A program made the translations under genes and the position numbers. Positions 51,446-61,685 of a DNA stretch of 64,000 nucleotides are shown in pieces. The first letter of the stretch is position 1. Each line of letters opens with the position of its first letter. A model generated the notes under the pieces. The model was not told where the DNA came from. It ran no database searches and saw nothing but the letters and a program-made list of their open reading frames with translations. This stretch comes from Candidatus Edwardsbacteria bacterium (lineage in GTDB: Bacteria > Edwardsbacteria > AC1 > EtOH8), in assembly GCA_020053305.1 (NCBI GenBank), contig JAGVNJ010000006.1, positions 13,166 to 77,165 of the forward strand, in the 5' to 3' direction.

Positions 51446-52336
51446 ATGAAGGACATCAAGCTAAAAAAAGTAGAGTGGCTGTACCTGTGGTTCATCTTGG
51501 GGCTTTCCTTGCTGACGGTGATCTTCCTGCGCAAATTAGACGGCTGGCCCCAGATCTTCTACATCTACGGGCTGACCCTGGCGGTCTATGCTCTGGTGAT
51601 ATTCCTCAACACCCGCTGGCCCAACAAACTCACCAAGACCCTGCGCCATCTGGCGCCCTACGCCGGGATCCTGCCCGTCTTCCAGAGTCTGGGCTTCATC
51701 ACCCATTATATAAGGCCCGATCTGGACAGCTATCTGATAAAAATCGATTATGCCCTGTTCGGGGTCCACCCCACCGTCTGGCTGGAAAATGTAACATTCC
51801 CCTGGATGGTGGATGTGCTGGCTTTGGCCTATTCCAGTTATTATTTTCTGCCGGTGATGTTGGCCCTCTTTTTGCATTTCGACAAGAAACACCATGAGCT
51901 GGAACACATGTTCCTGGCGGTGACTATCGGATTTTTCATCTCCTATGTGGGATACCTGCTGGTGCCGGCCGTCGGGCCCCGTTTTACCCTGACCGGCCAT
52001 CAGGCCGCCCCGGTCAAGGGCCTGCTCTGGGGCAATCAGATATTGAATTTCCTGACCGCCCACGAGTTCAACAAAAGGGACTGCTTCCCCTCCGGCCACA
52101 CCGGCATAACCCTGATCGTGCTGTACTACGCCCATGCCCACCACAAAAAGCTTTTCGCCTTCATGCTGCCGGTGGGGATATTGCTGATCATGGCCACGGT
52201 GTTCCTCCGGCTGCATTATGTGATCGACGTCATCGCCGGGTTCGTGCTGGCCGCGCTGGCTATTTTTATCACCGAGCTATGGAACCCGCATTTTTTACCG
52301 GTGAAAGAAAAAGATAAAGGGGCCGCCCAGAATTAG
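51446..52336 (+). CDS. PAP2-superfamily membrane phosphatase/transferase
   Basis: CFPSGHTG and LRLHYVIDVIAG (PAP2 C2/C3 motifs). Start placed at MKDIKLKK (51446); the track ORF's N-terminal extension overlaps glnS. Confidence 0.7.
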   Translation: MKDIKLKKVEWLYLWFILGLSLLTVIFLRKLDGWPQIFYIYGLTLAVYALVIFLNTRWPNKLTKTLRHLAPYAGILPVFQSLGFITHYIRPDLDSYLIKIDYALFGVHPTVWLENVTFPWMVDVLALAYSSYYFLPVMLALFLHFDKKHHELEHMFLAVTIGFFISYVGYLLVPAVGPRFTLTGHQAAPVKGLLWGNQILNFLTAHEFNKRDCFPSGHTGITLIVLYYAHAHHKKLFAFMLPVGILLIMATVFLRLHYVIDVIAGFVLAALAIFITELWNPHFLPVKEKDKGAAQN

Positions 52337-52359
52337 GGCGGCCCCTTTCTTGTTTCCGG

Positions 52360-53496
52360 CTACGCCAACTCCCCGCTAAAAGCCCTTTGCATAAGCGAAT
52401 TGAACAGGTTGTTCAGTTCTTGCTCAGAGGCTTTTTGCTTGTTTTTTAGTTGTTTGACTTTAATATAAATATTTGAAAATATTTTTTGATCCTCTATGTT
52501 GGGTATTGATATTACCACGTTAGATAAAAAAGACGTTGGCACCCTTTTTTGACCTGCCGTGCCAGTCATATTTCTTGCTGCAATATCTCTAACCGGTTTA
52601 TAGGACAAAACAAAATGTAACCATTCGCTTGTCAACTGCTTAAGCGGTCTTAAAACATGAAATTCTGTTGACCCAAAGCCTACACCGTTTTTCAAATTTT
52701 GTGCTATTGCACCTTTCCCATTTTCCATACAAGGTGTTATTTTAGCAAAAAGTACATCGCCATTTTTGAAATATGTATAGCCCTTGCTTACTTCTTCATA
52801 TGTTTTTGTAATACCTATATCGATGTAGCCTTCTTCTGAAACAGATCTCATTGGAACAAAAGAAACGAAGCTGCCTTTTTTTAATTTTACGCCAATTTTA
52901 GGATTGATAATGCAAACATCCGATAATTTTTTTCTGTTATTTGTTTGCCGCAAAGGATCACCAAACATATCCAAAAACACCGACCTTAAAAACTCATCGG
53001 TCAGTTCATTGGCTTCTTTGCGTTTTTGCATGGCGGCCTCGGCTTTTTCAAGTATGGCGGCTATCTTGCGCTGGGTGGGCAAGGGTGGGTATAAAATATT
53101 GAGGCCATCGAATCTACCTTTGGTAATGTGTTTCATTGTTGCCCCATGCACCTGACTTTCCATAACAATCAATATATTTTTCATAGCATAATAAAAATAC
53201 ATTTTATCAATATTATTATGCAGTTTAACTTTAAAAGTATGCTGATTAAGGACAGCTTTCCCACCCTTCCAGATATAGATTCCTAACGATGCCGACCATG
53301 ATATTAAAAGATCATCGTCCTGTATAATGTATTTGTTTTCAATAGGGCCATCATAGTAGTTATACGCCTGACTTGTATTTGTTAAGTTCTGAATTCTAAT
53401 TATTGGCAGACCCTTTTGTTTCCATTCGCTGGGTTTAAACGCTCTGCCATTAATAAACTCACCTACTTCTTTAAGCTTTACTGTTGGATATTTCAT
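52360..53496 (-). CDS. hsdS: Type I restriction-modification specificity subunit
   Basis: Two target-recognition halves separated by conserved coiled regions (LPTQRKIAAILEKAEAAMQKRKEA...; C-terminal ELNNLFNSLMQRAFSGEL). Overlaps the hsdM stop. Confidence 0.85.
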   Translation of the reverse strand: MKYPTVKLKEVGEFINGRAFKPSEWKQKGLPIIRIQNLTNTSQAYNYYDGPIENKYIIQDDDLLISWSASLGIYIWKGGKAVLNQHTFKVKLHNNIDKMYFYYAMKNILIVMESQVHGATMKHITKGRFDGLNILYPPLPTQRKIAAILEKAEAAMQKRKEANELTDEFLRSVFLDMFGDPLRQTNNRKKLSDVCIINPKIGVKLKKGSFVSFVPMRSVSEEGYIDIGITKTYEEVSKGYTYFKNGDVLFAKITPCMENGKGAIAQNLKNGVGFGSTEFHVLRPLKQLTSEWLHFVLSYKPVRDIAARNMTGTAGQKRVPTSFLSNVVISIPNIEDQKIFSNIYIKVKQLKNKQKASEQELNNLFNSLMQRAFSGELA

Positions 53497-55004
53497 AAAT
53501 ATTTTTTCAAAACATTCACTTGTTTCAAAATGTCTTGTTCTATGGTTGTAATTTTCTTTACTATACTCAAAGGCTTCTCGCTCTTCACTTCCTCATACTC
53601 CACCGGCTTATATCGCGAGAGTGAAAGATCGTAATCGTTCTTCTTTATCTCCGCATAATCCACCCACAGCCACTTTTCACCCTTCTTCGGCTGTTTCTTC
53701 TTGTCCCGCCTGGCCCACTTCTCCAAAATATCCGGGATATCGCTGCCTTCTATCTTGGTCCTTTTATCATCCAGGGCATAGCCGTCGTTCTGCATGTCAT
53801 AAAACCAGACCTTGTCCGTCTTTTCGCCCTTGGTAAACAGCATCACCGCCGCCGAGACCCCGGCGTAGGGCTTGAACACCCCGGAGGGCATGGAGATTAT
53901 GCCGTCCAGCCGGCACTGCTCCAATATCATCTTCCTGGCGTCCTGGTGGGCGTTGGAGGAGCCGAACAGCACGCCGTCCGGCACTATCACGGCGCAGCGG
54001 CCGCCCGGAACCAGCATGTTCACGAAAAGATTAAGAAACAACAGCTCGGTCTTGGGAGTCTGGCTTTTGCCGGTTACCGTCAGGTCCCCGGCTATGTCGC
54101 TCTTGTCCACGTTGCCCTTAAAGGGCGGGTTGGCCAGTATCACCTCGTATTTATTGCGCTGGGTAAAACTCTTGGAAAGGGTGTCGGCATAACTGATGTT
54201 GGGGCTTTCCAGCCCGTGCAGCACCATGTTCATCAGGGAGATCCGCACCATGGTGGTGTCGAAATCGTATCCGTAAAAGGTCTTGTTATGGAGCCGGTCC
54301 CAGTCCGTTTTGTTCACCAATTTGTCGGCGCTCAAATGGTGGGGCGCGCCGTCTTCGTCGTATTCTATGTTTTTGGGATCGGTGTATTTGAGCAATATGT
54401 GGTTAAAAGCATTGCATAAGAACCCGGCGGTGCCGCAGGCCGGATCGCAGACCCTCTCGCCCAGCTGGGGGTCGGCCAGACTGACCATCATCCGGATTAT
54501 ATGGCGGGGGGTGCGGAACTGCCCGTTCTTGCCGGACTGGGAGATCTCGGACAGCAGGTATTCGTAAATGTCTCCCTGAACGTCTATTCCCTGGCCGGTG
54601 ATGTCTATGTCGTCCAGCACTTTTACCGCCTCCTTTATCAGGGACGGCTTGGGAATCATGAACACCGCATCCCGCATGGACTGGGCGTAAAAGTTTTCCT
54701 GTCCCTGAAACTCCTTGATAAAAGGAAACACCGAATCGCGCACATGCTTGAGCATGGTTTCGGCCTCGTAGTGCATCCAGTGCGACCAGCGGCAGTTTTC
54801 TTTGCCCTTGAAAATGCTGGCGTATTTCTGCCCCTTGCGTTCGGCCTGGCGGCGTTTTTGCTCATCCAGGTCTTCCAAACGCTTGATGAAGATCAAGTAA
54901 GATATCTGTTCTATGGAGGTAAGCGGGTTGGCCATGCCGCCGGCAAAAAACAAGTTCCACAACTTGTCTATTTTGGCCTTAATCTCGGGATGCGACTTCA
55001 GCAT
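53493..55004 (-). CDS. hsdM: Type I restriction-modification N6-adenine DNA methyltransferase
   Basis: GQFRTPRHI, DPACGTAGFL (SAM binding), ILANPPFKG (NPPF catalytic motif). Confidence 0.95.
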   Translation of the reverse strand: MLKSHPEIKAKIDKLWNLFFAGGMANPLTSIEQISYLIFIKRLEDLDEQKRRQAERKGQKYASIFKGKENCRWSHWMHYEAETMLKHVRDSVFPFIKEFQGQENFYAQSMRDAVFMIPKPSLIKEAVKVLDDIDITGQGIDVQGDIYEYLLSEISQSGKNGQFRTPRHIIRMMVSLADPQLGERVCDPACGTAGFLCNAFNHILLKYTDPKNIEYDEDGAPHHLSADKLVNKTDWDRLHNKTFYGYDFDTTMVRISLMNMVLHGLESPNISYADTLSKSFTQRNKYEVILANPPFKGNVDKSDIAGDLTVTGKSQTPKTELLFLNLFVNMLVPGGRCAVIVPDGVLFGSSNAHQDARKMILEQCRLDGIISMPSGVFKPYAGVSAAVMLFTKGEKTDKVWFYDMQNDGYALDDKRTKIEGSDIPDILEKWARRDKKKQPKKGEKWLWVDYAEIKKNDYDLSLSRYKPVEYEEVKSEKPLSIVKKITTIEQDILKQVNVLKKYL

Positions 55005-55027
55005 TTTATCCTTTTGGGTTAAATATT

Positions 55028-55118
55028 AATGGGGTAAATATTTTTCAATATTACCCCATTATAGGTAAATTTACCTCATTTTGTCAATAGGGTAATAAGA
55101 TTCTCATATTACCCTATT
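55028..55118. promoter_or_regulatory. Cluster of three palindromes sharing GGTAA/TTACC half-sites between fic and hsdM
   Basis: AATGGGGTAAATAT (55028-55041) pairs with ATATTACCCCATT (55048-55060). AGGTAAATTTACCT (55063-55076) is a perfect palindrome. ATAGGGTAATA (55087-55097) pairs perfectly with TATTACCCTAT (55108-55118). Confidence 0.55.
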
Positions 55119-55129
55119 TGTTTTATCCC

Positions 55130-56173
55130 TTACCCTATTTTCTTCCACTGAGCGCTCCGGCCCTTTCCGGTGGTTTTTATCTTTCCTTCGTCCCGAAGCT
55201 GCCTCAAAACCAGCCGGATCATGTCCCGGGTAACATTGGGGCAGGCGCTCTCCACCTCGGAGATGGAAAACGGCTTGATGAATTTATCAACGGCGGCTTT
55301 CACCTGGTCGGTCTTGGAGCCCTTGCCCTGATAGGTGCCCACCCGTTCCTCGAATTCCTTGTAGGCCGCCAACAGGGTGCCGTAAAAATACCTCAGCCAG
55401 GGGAACACATCGTGCTTCCCTTGATGCCAGCCTTGGGAGGACTGGTAAAGCACTTCGTAATAGGTTTTTTTGCTGTCTTCAATGATCCGCTCCAGGCTTA
55501 TGTATTTGCCCACCTGGTAGCCCGACTGGTACAAAAGCAAAAGAGTCAACAATCTGGCCATCCTCCCGTTTCCGTCGGAGAAAGGATGGATGCAAAGAAA
55601 ATCCAAGACAAACAGGGGTATGGCCACCAGCGGCTCGGTATGATCTTTATTGAGTTGATGGTTGTAATTGGCTATCAACTTTTTTACGTAGTCCGGCGTT
55701 TCAAAGGGGGAAACCGGCTTGAATCGTAATTTTGTTTTACCGTCTTTAAGCACGTCAACAATTTCATTCTCACCCAGCTTCCAATTGCCCGCCCCGATTC
55801 CGGTGTAACGGTATAGCATGGAGTGGAATTGCAGTATCACGTTTTCCGAAAGAGGGATGTCCTTGTGCGACTGATGAATTTGGTTCAAAACATCCCGATA
55901 CCCGGCTATCTCCTGCTCCGGCCGGTTCCGGGGGGCAACGTTATCTTTGACGATCTTCTTCACCCGATGGGGAGCGGCCAATATTCCTTCGATCCGGTTT
56001 GAAGACTCGGCGCTTTGCACGATGGCGCTTTCCAGCAACTGCTCCAAAGCTTCTGGCGATTGACGGCGGCATAATTCCTCTTTGCCCTTATACTCGCCGA
56101 TCGTCCTTACCTGCGAAGCCTCGTCCACGCCAAATTTAAGCTTACCGATAAATTTGTTTTCAAACGACTTCAT
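55130..56173 (-). CDS. Fic/DOC family protein with C-terminal winged-helix-like domain
   Basis: Fic motif HPFSDGNGRMARLL. The C-terminal ~70 aa (ISEVESACPNVTRDMIRLVLRQLRDEGKIKTTGKGRSAQW) look like a wHTH. The ATGA at 56170-56173 overlaps the hsdR stop. Confidence 0.9.
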   Translation of the reverse strand: MKSFENKFIGKLKFGVDEASQVRTIGEYKGKEELCRRQSPEALEQLLESAIVQSAESSNRIEGILAAPHRVKKIVKDNVAPRNRPEQEIAGYRDVLNQIHQSHKDIPLSENVILQFHSMLYRYTGIGAGNWKLGENEIVDVLKDGKTKLRFKPVSPFETPDYVKKLIANYNHQLNKDHTEPLVAIPLFVLDFLCIHPFSDGNGRMARLLTLLLLYQSGYQVGKYISLERIIEDSKKTYYEVLYQSSQGWHQGKHDVFPWLRYFYGTLLAAYKEFEERVGTYQGKGSKTDQVKAAVDKFIKPFSISEVESACPNVTRDMIRLVLRQLRDEGKIKTTGKGRSAQWKKIG

Positions 56174-58977
56174 TTGCTTTTTCCCGTATAATTTCCGGGA
56201 ACCCCGGTTTTATTGAATATGTTGACAATATCCTTCAGCTCGTTTTCGGTGAAAAGGCGGAGGGCGGCTTCGGAACCGAACATGGTAAAAGGCGGCTCGA
56301 ACAAGTCGGAATACTCGATATGTTTCTTTTCGGCAAAAACATTCTTGATGGTTCTCAGGAATCTGACCTGATCGGCCGATAGCGGGTTTTGGGCATCCCG
56401 TTCCTTAACATAGGTATCAAAGGATTGCTGTACCAGTTCCAATGAATTCGGGAAACGGTAATGCCCCAAAATGCTTTTTACAAATTGTACCAGCGTGCCG
56501 TTGGGCTGTTCGAAAGCCTTGCGCAGGTTTTCCTCGGTTATGTATAACTCCGGCCCGTTTAGGGTTTTCTCAAGTTTTTCTATGTCCCGGTCATTGACCG
56601 GCAGCCCGGCTTTGATCTTTTTGATGACCGGGTGTTGCCAGGCTAATTCCGTTATTTTTTCTTCAACCTTTTTCCGGTAATTGGCTACATAATCCCCCTG
56701 CCCTTCCGGCCCAAATTCGATCCACTTGCGGTTAACCACCAAATCGCTCAGGTCCAGCCGCAGAATGTTGCGTTCCTCAATCTGCCAAAACCGCATGATA
56801 TCCCAAAGCGAGTCGCGCACAAAAAGGCTCTTTTCATAATTCAGATTAGCCCAAAAGGCGGCGGAGGTTATTTGCCGAATAACCGGCTCTTTAGCTTTTA
56901 CCGCCTCCAGGTTCATCGGCAAATGACTTATATCGCTTAATATTTCTTCCCTTAACCGCTCGATTTGCGGCCGGTTATTTCCCAATATTGCCAGGCCAAG
57001 TTTCTCGGTTTTATATATAAAACCTTCCTGATGGTAGTCCACCTGGTTTTTAAATCTAAAAAGCGGCGCTATCGATAAATCCAGAAAGTCACAATTCTTC
57101 TTGCTATAATTACGCCAAAGGTCATCGCCTATGGCTTTTTCAATATTTCTGCGGTTTTCCTTTATAGTTACCGAGTTTTCGGGCAACAGCTTTATGTCTT
57201 GTATCAACTCCTCTTTTAAAGCCTTTGCCTTGTCTTCTTCGCCATTATTTAAGAGCCAATTGAGTTTTTGCAGACGGATCCTGAATATCTTAACCGGAAG
57301 GGCTTCCTGCTGGTTCGGGGGCTCGCCTTGGGGGTTCATCCCAAAATATTCAAAATTGTTCCAGTGATCAATTATCAGAAACCTGTTTTTGTAGGTGCAC
57401 CAGGGCTTTCGCAGGTTTTCGTCTTTTTCCAATATTCTTGTGCCCCGGCCTATCATCTGCCAGAATTTTATCTTGCTGAAAATAGGTTTGGCAAAGACCA
57501 GATTGACGATTTCCCTTACGTCTATGCCGGTATCCAGCATATCGACCGAAATAGCCACCCGAAGATTGCTATTGTTTTTAAATTTATCGATCAGGGAAAG
57601 CGGCCGTTCCATTTTGGAATCAATGATTTCCGCCAGCTTCCCCTTATATTCCGGATATAAGCGGTTAAATATTTCCCACAGCCTTTTGGCATGCTGATGA
57701 GAGATGGCAAATATTATAGACTTCCCCGGCATAACCCCGGCATCATCCTTGATGCAAACATCCATGAATTCGCGGATCAACGCTTCATTTGTTCCGGCGT
57801 TGGTTACTTTCCGTTCTAGGTCAGTTCCCTCAAAATCGATCTGATCCGGCTCCAAACCAGCCTCTATCAAAATATTTCTAATTGCTTCCGGCAATTCCCG
57901 GCCTTTAATGCCTTGTATCTGAAAATTAGTCCGGGCGGAATAAGGCGGGTTAAAGTCAACCAGATGCCCGTCTTTTACGGCCTGCTCATAATCGTAATGA
58001 AAGGTCGGCGCATCATCAAAGCACTCAAAATATTTAAAGGTGTCCCGGTCAATAAAGTCTGATGGCGTAGCGGTAAGGCCTATTTGAATGCCATGAAAAT
58101 AGCTTAAAACATCCTTCCATTTATTGTATATGGAACGGTGGCATTCGTCCGAGACAATAAGATCAAAATAACCGGGAGAAACGTTATTGAAACAACCATT
58201 CATTGTCTGGATGGTAGTCACATACAAACTGGCGGCGGGATCAATTTCGCCAGAACGAATATATTGACGCGGTTGTTCCGGCAGATATTTCTTATAGGCG
58301 TCGCTGGCTTGCACCGCCAGAGCCTCCCGGTCGGTTAAGAACAATACTTTTTGCACATTATTGGATCTTAACAATATATCAATTAAACCCATTGCCGTCC
58401 GGGTTTTCCCGGTTCCCGTTGCCATAACCAAAAGAAATTTACGCCTGTTGTTTTTAAAACCTTCGGCCACTCTTTTAACGGCTTCTAGTTGGTAATCCCT
58501 GTCAATAATTGACGGATTTATTGATGTAGTTAAAAGGGGTTGGTTGTTCTGGTTTTGAAACCTTATTCTCTCTAAATCATCACGGGAAAAGAGGCCGTAA
58601 ACCATTAACGGCCCGGCCTTCTCCTTGTTCCAAAACCATATCTCATAACCGTTGGTTAAAAATATAAAGGGCGCTGTTCCGTATTTGTTCTTAATGCCCG
58701 TAGCATATTCTTCAGCTTGTTGTTTCCCCGCAATAGGATCACGCGAAGTTCTTTTAGCCTCAATGATAGCTAATGGTTTCTGATGCCGGTCAAACAACAT
58801 ATAATCCACAAAACCATCAGAATCTGCAGGTTGTTGTTCGCTAACCATGTTAGGCTCGGCAGTTATTTTATATTCGGTAACAACTTCGCTGCGGTTGTCA
58901 ATGTTCCAACCCGCCTTAACAAGCAAACCGTCTATGTAATTTTTACGGGTCTGTGCCTCTGAAATGTTTTGTGGCAT
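56170..58977 (-). CDS. hsdR: Type I restriction enzyme R subunit (helicase-nuclease)
   Basis: N-terminal SEAQTRKNYIDGLL...EAKR nuclease region, helicase motifs LLVMATGTGKTRTA (I), DECHRS (II), GLTATP (III). 935 aa. Confidence 0.9.
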   Translation of the reverse strand: MPQNISEAQTRKNYIDGLLVKAGWNIDNRSEVVTEYKITAEPNMVSEQQPADSDGFVDYMLFDRHQKPLAIIEAKRTSRDPIAGKQQAEEYATGIKNKYGTAPFIFLTNGYEIWFWNKEKAGPLMVYGLFSRDDLERIRFQNQNNQPLLTTSINPSIIDRDYQLEAVKRVAEGFKNNRRKFLLVMATGTGKTRTAMGLIDILLRSNNVQKVLFLTDREALAVQASDAYKKYLPEQPRQYIRSGEIDPAASLYVTTIQTMNGCFNNVSPGYFDLIVSDECHRSIYNKWKDVLSYFHGIQIGLTATPSDFIDRDTFKYFECFDDAPTFHYDYEQAVKDGHLVDFNPPYSARTNFQIQGIKGRELPEAIRNILIEAGLEPDQIDFEGTDLERKVTNAGTNEALIREFMDVCIKDDAGVMPGKSIIFAISHQHAKRLWEIFNRLYPEYKGKLAEIIDSKMERPLSLIDKFKNNSNLRVAISVDMLDTGIDVREIVNLVFAKPIFSKIKFWQMIGRGTRILEKDENLRKPWCTYKNRFLIIDHWNNFEYFGMNPQGEPPNQQEALPVKIFRIRLQKLNWLLNNGEEDKAKALKEELIQDIKLLPENSVTIKENRRNIEKAIGDDLWRNYSKKNCDFLDLSIAPLFRFKNQVDYHQEGFIYKTEKLGLAILGNNRPQIERLREEILSDISHLPMNLEAVKAKEPVIRQITSAAFWANLNYEKSLFVRDSLWDIMRFWQIEERNILRLDLSDLVVNRKWIEFGPEGQGDYVANYRKKVEEKITELAWQHPVIKKIKAGLPVNDRDIEKLEKTLNGPELYITEENLRKAFEQPNGTLVQFVKSILGHYRFPNSLELVQQSFDTYVKERDAQNPLSADQVRFLRTIKNVFAEKKHIEYSDLFEPPFTMFGSEAALRLFTENELKDIVNIFNKTGVPGNYTGKSK

Positions 58978-58983
58978 GATAGG

Positions 58984-60102
58984 TTAAATCCTCTTCTCGT
59001 ATACCCGGTAGGTCTTGTAGATCTTCGATCCCACCGCTTCGGCCAGGCGGTTCATCATGACATTATTCTCCAGCACCCAGGACAGCTCTCCCGTCCGGTA
59101 GCCCTTCTTCAGGCCGTTCTCGAATACCCGGCTGATCAGCCCGGCCTCTATCCCCCGATGCTGATAATCGCGCACCACCCCGGCGGTCATCACCCTGGCA
59201 TGGGTGATCTTTCTTTTATGCCACAGGAATTTTATCATCTCCAGCGGGCCCATCTTCCCATTGAGTTTTTTGATGACATAGTTATAATCCGGCAGGGCCC
59301 ACAGCGAGCCCACCGGCTTTTCCCCGTCGAAGGCGAAGATCACGAAATCGGCATCAACTATGTCCTTGAAATTTTCGGCGTAATGGTCTATCTCATGTTC
59401 GGTCAGGGGAACAAAGCCCCAGTTATGGCTCCAGGCCTGGTTGTAGACCTCCTTGAATATCTTCACCTCCTGGGCGAACTTACTTTTATCGATGCTCCGG
59501 AAGGTGATCCCCTTCCTCTCCACCCTCTCCGCCAGCAGCCTTACCCGCCGGCCATCCATTTTCTCCACGTCGAAGAAATAGGCATAAAAATCTATGGCTT
59601 TTACCAGGCCGCATCCCTCGATAAGTTTTGGATAATAGGGCGGGTTGTAGGTCATTTCTATCACCGGCGGGGAGTCGAAGGCGTCTATCAGCAGGCCGGC
59701 GGTGTCGTTGGTGGTGAAGTTGAACGGGCCCCGAATGGTGTCCATGCCCTGTTCTTTCAGCCAGTTCCCGGCAGCAGTAAACTGGGCCTGAGCGGCATTC
59801 TGGTCATCTATACATTCAAAGAAACCGAAGAAGCCACACTTCTCTTTATGAAATTCGTTGCTGTTGTCGTCAATGTGAGCAGTAATGCGGCCGATATTTT
59901 GGCCGTTCCGCTGGGCCAGAAAGTAGGCCGCCCGGGCATGCTCGAAGAAGGCGTTCTTCCCGATATCCAGCATCTTGCGCTGCTCGGCGATCAGAGGCGG
60001 CACCCAGCAGGGATCATTTCGATAGATAGCCCAGGGAAGTTTTATGAAATCGTTAATATCCGTCTGGCTGACCGCCTGTTTTATAATGATATCATCAGAC
60101 AT
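58984..60102 (-). CDS. Hypothetical protein, probable GNAT-fold acyltransferase family
   Basis: FIKLPWAIYRNDPCWVPPLIAEQRKMLD and VVRDYQHRGIEAGL resemble a ~370-aa GNAT-like family. From memory only. Confidence 0.45.
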   Translation of the reverse strand: MSDDIIIKQAVSQTDINDFIKLPWAIYRNDPCWVPPLIAEQRKMLDIGKNAFFEHARAAYFLAQRNGQNIGRITAHIDDNSNEFHKEKCGFFGFFECIDDQNAAQAQFTAAGNWLKEQGMDTIRGPFNFTTNDTAGLLIDAFDSPPVIEMTYNPPYYPKLIEGCGLVKAIDFYAYFFDVEKMDGRRVRLLAERVERKGITFRSIDKSKFAQEVKIFKEVYNQAWSHNWGFVPLTEHEIDHYAENFKDIVDADFVIFAFDGEKPVGSLWALPDYNYVIKKLNGKMGPLEMIKFLWHKRKITHARVMTAGVVRDYQHRGIEAGLISRVFENGLKKGYRTGELSWVLENNVMMNRLAEAVGSKIYKTYRVYEKRI

Positions 60103-60229
60103 GATAACCTTTCTTTAAAACTCGGTCATAGATAATGATTGCCGCTAAACGCTAGCTCCTTTTTAAACAGCATGGGATTCCGGTTTTATTTTTGTGTGTT
60201 TAGTGGGCAAAAAAGCGTATTAGCGGCCG

Positions 60230-60949
60230 CTACTTGATCAGATCTCCCAGCCGCTGGAAGCGGATGTTCTTCCAGAACATCCAGAACGGCTCGCCGTTCT
60301 CCGAATCCCAGGACCAGTAGATGAACAGCGCCCGGCCCCTCAGCATATTTTTTGGCAGGGGGCCCCAGAAGCGGGAATCCAGCGAGTTGTCCCGGTTGTC
60401 GCCCATGGCGAAGATGTTCCCCGGCGGAACCACCACCGGCCCGAAGTTGTCCCGCATCCACCCCAGTTGGACGAATTTGCGCTCCTCCCAGGCCTCCTGG
60501 TAATCACTTTTCCAGGTATTCTTGACTGTGTCCTTGTTCTGGCTGCTGTCCCAGGCCTTGTGGACGGCATAGGGCTCGTCGGGTCTTTTTCCGTTGACAT
60601 AAAGGTCCCGGCCGATCACCTCCACGGTGTCGCCCTCCACCGCCACGCAGCGCTTGATGAAATCACGCCCGTCCAGCGGGTATTTGAACACCACGATATC
60701 GCCCGGCACCGGCGGCCGGATTCCCGGCAGGACCACCCGGTCGGTGAAGGGGATCTTGGTGCCGTAGATGAACTTGTTGACCATCAGAAAATCCCCCACC
60801 AGCAAAGTGTCTTCCATCGAGCCGGATGGTATTTTGAAGGCCTGGATCAGCAGACTGCGGATGATCAGGGCCATCACCGCCGCCCAGATGATGGATTCCG
60901 TCCAGTCCCGGTACCAGGGTTTCTTGCGATTATCGTGAGCTTTCAGCAT
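60230..60949 (-). CDS. lepB: Signal peptidase I
   Basis: IPSGSMEDTLLVGD (catalytic Ser box), KRCVAVEGD, GDNRDNSLDSRFWG. Confidence 0.9.
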   Translation of the reverse strand: MLKAHDNRKKPWYRDWTESIIWAAVMALIIRSLLIQAFKIPSGSMEDTLLVGDFLMVNKFIYGTKIPFTDRVVLPGIRPPVPGDIVVFKYPLDGRDFIKRCVAVEGDTVEVIGRDLYVNGKRPDEPYAVHKAWDSSQNKDTVKNTWKSDYQEAWEERKFVQLGWMRDNFGPVVVPPGNIFAMGDNRDNSLDSRFWGPLPKNMLRGRALFIYWSWDSENGEPFWMFWKNIRFQRLGDLIK

Positions 60950-60980
60950 TTTTTATTTATTGTTTTGGTTTTTAAATATT

Positions 60981-61685
60981 TTAAGCCAATATCTTGCCTA
61001 TCCGCTTCACCCGGAACCGCTGCCAGAATTTACCTAGCGGGATGTCGGACTGCTTGTCCCACGACCAGTAGATAAACATCACCCGGCCCCGGATGTTCTT
61101 TTTGGGCAGCGGCCCCCAGTAGCGGGAGTCGAAGGATTCGTCCCGGTTGTCGCCCATCATGAAGTAGCAGTCCGGCGGCACCACCACCGGGCCGAAATTA
61201 TCGCGCACCCAGTAGCGGTCGGCGTTGCGGCCGCTCTCCCAGTCTCCCTGGACAGCTTTGGGATTGACCGCCGCCTGCGGGAAGGGATATTCCTCAAGGT
61301 CGGTATGCTGGATGAACTTTTGTTCCACCTTCCGGCCGTTCAAGTAAAGATCTTTATGCTTCACCTCGATGGTGTCGCCGGGCAGGCCGATGCAGCGCTT
61401 GACCAGGGTCAGGCCGTCGTAGGGACTGCGGAAGATCACCATCTGTCCCGGCCGGGGCGAGGCCATGGAAAGCACCGTCTTGTCGGTGAAGGGGATGTGG
61501 ATGCCGTAGGTGAATTTCTCGGCGAACAGCCGGTCGCCCGGCAGAATGGTCTTCTCCATGGAGCCGGTCGGCACCTCGTAGGCCTCCAGCAGGAAGGGGT
61601 TGATGATGAACTTGACCACGATCACGGCAAACAGCAGCGGCCACAGCCAATCGTGCCAGAATTTTTTAAATGTTTTGTTACTCAT
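60981..61685 (-). CDS. lepB: Signal peptidase I (second copy)
   Basis: VPTGSMEKTILPGD, KRCIGLPGD, GDNRDESFDSRYWG. ATG at 61685. Confidence 0.85.
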   Translation of the reverse strand: MSNKTFKKFWHDWLWPLLFAVIVVKFIINPFLLEAYEVPTGSMEKTILPGDRLFAEKFTYGIHIPFTDKTVLSMASPRPGQMVIFRSPYDGLTLVKRCIGLPGDTIEVKHKDLYLNGRKVEQKFIQHTDLEEYPFPQAAVNPKAVQGDWESGRNADRYWVRDNFGPVVVPPDCYFMMGDNRDESFDSRYWGPLPKKNIRGRVMFIYWSWDKQSDIPLGKFWQRFRVKRIGKILA

